Shown here: in pieces, positions 61,188-64,000 of the stretch
Numbering within the stretch: the stretch's first letter is position 1
Layout of the letters: each line of letters starts with the position of its first letter
Assembly (NCBI GenBank): GCA_035577965.1
Contig: DATJYX010000131.1
Span: forward strand, 14,629 to 78,628
DNA: 64,000 bases
Origin: Vicinamibacteria bacterium
GTDB taxonomy: Bacteria > Acidobacteriota > Vicinamibacteria > Fen-336
Reading direction: 5' to 3'
The notes under the pieces: generated by a model
Database searches by the model: none
What the model was told of the DNA's origin: nothing
What the model saw: the letters and a program-made list of their open reading frames with translations, nothing else
Position numbers and translations under genes: made by a program

Positions 61188-62946
61188 CTAGAGGCTCGCC
61201 ATCTGCCGCACGAGGCGCGTCTTCTCGGCGAGGAGCGCCTCCTGCGCGTCCCCGCTCGCCCCGGCCAGCCGTTTCTGGATCTCCGCCATGCGCGCCCGCA
61301 GCGGCTGCCGCCGCAGCTCGCGCACGCACTCCTCGGCCGAGAGGTGCTCCGCCGGCACTCCTTCGACCGCGATCTCCGACATCATCCGCTGCGCGTCCTC
61401 GTCGAGCCCGGCGACGACCGCGGCGAGCGTCACCCGCTCGTCCCGCCGGGCCACCGCCTGCGCTGCGCGCAGGAGGGGCGCCGAACGCAGGCCCTCGAGG
61501 TCCGGCTCCTGGAGCTCGTCGAGGGCGATCTCCACCCCCGCCGCTCCCTGGGCCACGAGGGCGAGCAGCCACCGCTCGGCGGGCAGGAGGACCGCCGCCC
61601 GCGCCGCTACCGGCCGGCGCGCCGCCGCCTCGGCCACGGCCGAGGGGCCGCTCGTGCGCCCGTGGAGGGCGCGTCGCAGCTCCTCGCGCGCGCCTCCCGC
61701 GTCGAGAGAGCCCCGCTCGACGACCCGCCCCAGCCACGCCTGGCGCTCGACCGCGTTTCCGGTGCGGACGAGGGCGGGCAGGACGGCGGCGAAGAAGGCC
61801 GCCTTCCCGGCGGGGGACTGGAGGTCGCCCGCCGCCTCTGCCCTCCGCATCAGCCACTCCACGGCCTCCGGGGCTTCGTCGAGGCGCTTGCGGTAGGCCT
61901 CCGCCCCCTCCGCCTTCAGGTAGGTGTCCGGATCGTGTCCATCCGGCAGCTCGACGATCCGCACCCTCATCCCCTCCTCGAGCAGCACCTCCAAGCTCCG
62001 GCGCGCGGCCTTCTGGCCGGCGTCGTCCTGGTCGAAGTTGAGGACGACCGTCTCCGCGAAGCGGCGCAGCAGCCGGGCGTGGGAGGCGGTGAGGGCGGTG
62101 CCGCAGGTGGCCACGGCCTCCCCCACGCCGGCCTCGATCGCGCGGGCCACGTCGAGGTAGCCTTCCATCAGCACGGCCCGCTTCTCCCGGCCGATCGCCT
62201 CCCGCGCCCACGAGAGGCCGTAGAGCACCCGGCTCTTCGAGTAGACCGGCGTCTCGGGGGAGTTCAGGTACTTGGGCTCGCTGCCGTCGAGCGCGCGCGC
62301 ACCGAAGGCGACGACCTTGCCCGACTCGTTGAGGATCGGGAAGACGGCGCGGTTGCGGAAGCGGTCGTAGTGACCCTCCTTGCCCTGCCGCTCGAGGACG
62401 AGGCCGGCCTTCGACAGGAGCGGGGGGGCGAACTTCCCGCGCAGGGCAGAGAGGAGGTCGTCCCACGCGTCGCGCGCCGCTCCGGCGCGCACCCTCTCGA
62501 GCGTCTCCCGGCGAAAGCCGCGGCCGAGGAGGTACTCGCGGGCCTTCGTGCCCGGCGCCGCCCAGAAGGTGTGAGTGAAGTGCTGCGCCGCGGCCTCCAT
62601 GAGGGCGAGCATCTCCTCGCGCTCCCGGCGGTCGGGCCCGGGCTCGGCGCGGCCCTCGGGCACCGGCACGCCGAAGCGCCGGGCCAGCATCTCGATCGCC
62701 TCCGGAAAGCTCGCCTTCTCGCGCAGCATCACGAACTTGAAGACGTCGCCGCCCTCGCCGCAGCCGAAGCAGTGGAAGACGGCCGGCTCCGCCCGGACGT
62801 TGAAGGACGGCGTCTTCTCCTGGTGGAAGGGGCAGAGGCCCTTCCACGACGTGCCCATCTTCTTGAGGGCCACGTGCTCGGAGATGACGCGCACGATGTC
62901 GGCCGCTCGCCGCACGTCCTCGACGAAGCCGTCGGGGAAGGCCATG
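61188..62946 (-). CDS. dnaG: DNA primase
   Basis: Zinc-finger [13 protein letters not shown]...[15 protein letters not shown] domain. Start [18 protein letters not shown]. Confidence 0.9.
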
Positions 62947-62947
62947 G

Positions 62948-64000
62948 CTAGTCCTTCAGCTCCACGACCGTGGCCCCGCCGCCGCCCTCGCCGGGTCCGC
63001 CCAGGCGCCACGAGGAGACGAGCGGGTGCCCCTCGAGCATTCGGGCGACGGCCTTCCGGAGCTTGCCCTCGCCGAAGCCATGGACGAGGCGGATCTCCCG
63101 GCGGTCGGAGAGCGCGGCGTCGTCGAGCACCTTCTCGACCCGCTCCGTCGCCTCCTCGACGGTGAGGCCGATGAGGTTCACCTCGGCGGGGACGGACTTG
63201 GTGGGGAGCGAGAGGGTGACCGTGGCCGCCGGCGAAGGGGCAGGGTGGCGAGGGGACGGGCCGGGGACCGTCACGGAACGCGAGGAAGTGCGATCCCGGG
63301 ATGCAGCACCGTAGACGCCCACGGCGTCGTCCAGCTTCCTTTGAGCCGTGGGGATTCCGTCCCCCCGGGCCCCCCCGGGTTGCCTGTGGGTGAGGGCGAC
63401 CAGCTCGGCCTGCGGCACGTGCAGGCGCTTGCCGGAGACGGCGACCTCGGCGGCGTCGCCGTGGAGGGCCAGCACCTCGCCGGCGAGGCCCATCGCCTTC
63501 ACCCGCACGCGCATTCCTGCCGCGAGGGCCAACGCCGGGGCGTCCTGCTCCTCGGGCAGGTCGAGCTCGGGATCTCTGAGCACCTCGTCGCGCGCTTCGC
63601 GGATGGTGGCGACGGCCTCCGAGCGGAGGCGAGGCGCCGTGGCCGCCGCCTTCCGGGCCGCCTCCACCTTCTCGACCGCAGCCCGGATCGCCTCGGCCGC
63701 CCTGCGCTCGGCCTCCTCCCCCCGCCGCCGGAGCTCCTTCGCGAAGGCCTCGACCTCCTTGCGCTTCTTCGCCTGGATCTCGCGTTCGGCGACGAGGGCC
63801 CGCGCCCTCGCCCCCTCGGCCTCCGCCTTCATGCCCTCGATGCCCACCTTCTCCCGCTCGATCTCGGCCTTCTCCTTCTCGAGCCGGGCGAGGAGGGCCT
63901 CGGCCTGCCGCTCCTTGTCGTCGCGGCGGGCGCGGGCGTCCTTCACCACCTCGGCCGGCAGCCCCAGCCGCTCCGCCATCTCGAGGGCGAGGCTTCGCCC
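62948..64000 (-). CDS. mutS2: endonuclease MutS2, C-terminal part with Smr domain (gene continues past window end)
   Basis: Coiled-coil linker then Smr domain ([42 protein letters not shown]). Confidence 0.75.
   Translation of the reverse strand, partial: GRSLALEMAERLGLPAEVVKDARARRDDKERQAEALLARLEKEKAEIEREKVGIEGMKAEAEGARARALVAEREIQAKKRKEVEAFAKELRRRGEEAERRAAEAIRAAVEKVEAARKAAATAPRLRSEAVATIREARDEVLRDPELDLPEEQDAPALALAAGMRVRVKAMGLAGEVLALHGDAAEVAVSGKRLHVPQAELVALTHRQPGGARGDGIPTAQRKLDDAVGVYGAASRDRTSSRSVTVPGPSPRHPAPSPAATVTLSLPTKSVPAEVNLIGLTVEEATERVEKVLDDAALSDRREIRLVHGFGEGKLRKAVARMLEGHPLVSSWRLGGPGEGGGGATVVELKD

Overview
Roughly 72% GC bacterial chromosomal segment; the phylum is not certain, but the gene order resembles Acidobacteriota or Myxococcota-like genomes. 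Coding density is high, and most extra ORFs in the six-frame track are GC-driven frame or antisense artifacts. A plus-strand dcw cluster fills 6.2-23.1 kb (two tandem mraZ copies, rsmH, ftsL, ftsI, murE, murF, mraY, murD, ftsW, murG, murC, ftsQ, ftsA, a 67-aa Cys-rich ORF, ftsZ). Several junctions overlap by 4 nt (GTGA), and no murB or ddl sits between murC and ftsQ. To its left are a nucleotidyltransferase-S24 peptidase fusion overlapping a PqqD-like gene, a Fur regulator, an enolase-superfamily enzyme, a TlpA thioredoxin and folC. To its right are a B12-binding radical SAM gene, acpS, pgeF, and a minus-strand run of alpha-2-macroglobulin, pbpC, tRNA-Met(CAT), a zinc-ribbon gene and rnhA. Further right are an ECF-like sigma factor with YCII, a D-aminoacylase, an Hpt / CheY-like receiver / sigma-54 activator set with no kinase in the window, and a -24/-12 promoter diverging from the activator toward a PAS-GGDEF-EAL gene. 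The last 18 kb hold two Gfo/Idh/MocA oxidoreductases, a hemerythrin, a TPR Ser/Thr kinase, a secreted protein with at least six 97-aa repeats, a degenerate second copy of the rpoD 3' end that brackets a 2.5 kb segment together with the real rpoD, then rpoD, dnaG and a partial mutS2. No CRISPR array, transposase or integrase was found. Coordinates are approximate to within a few bp.
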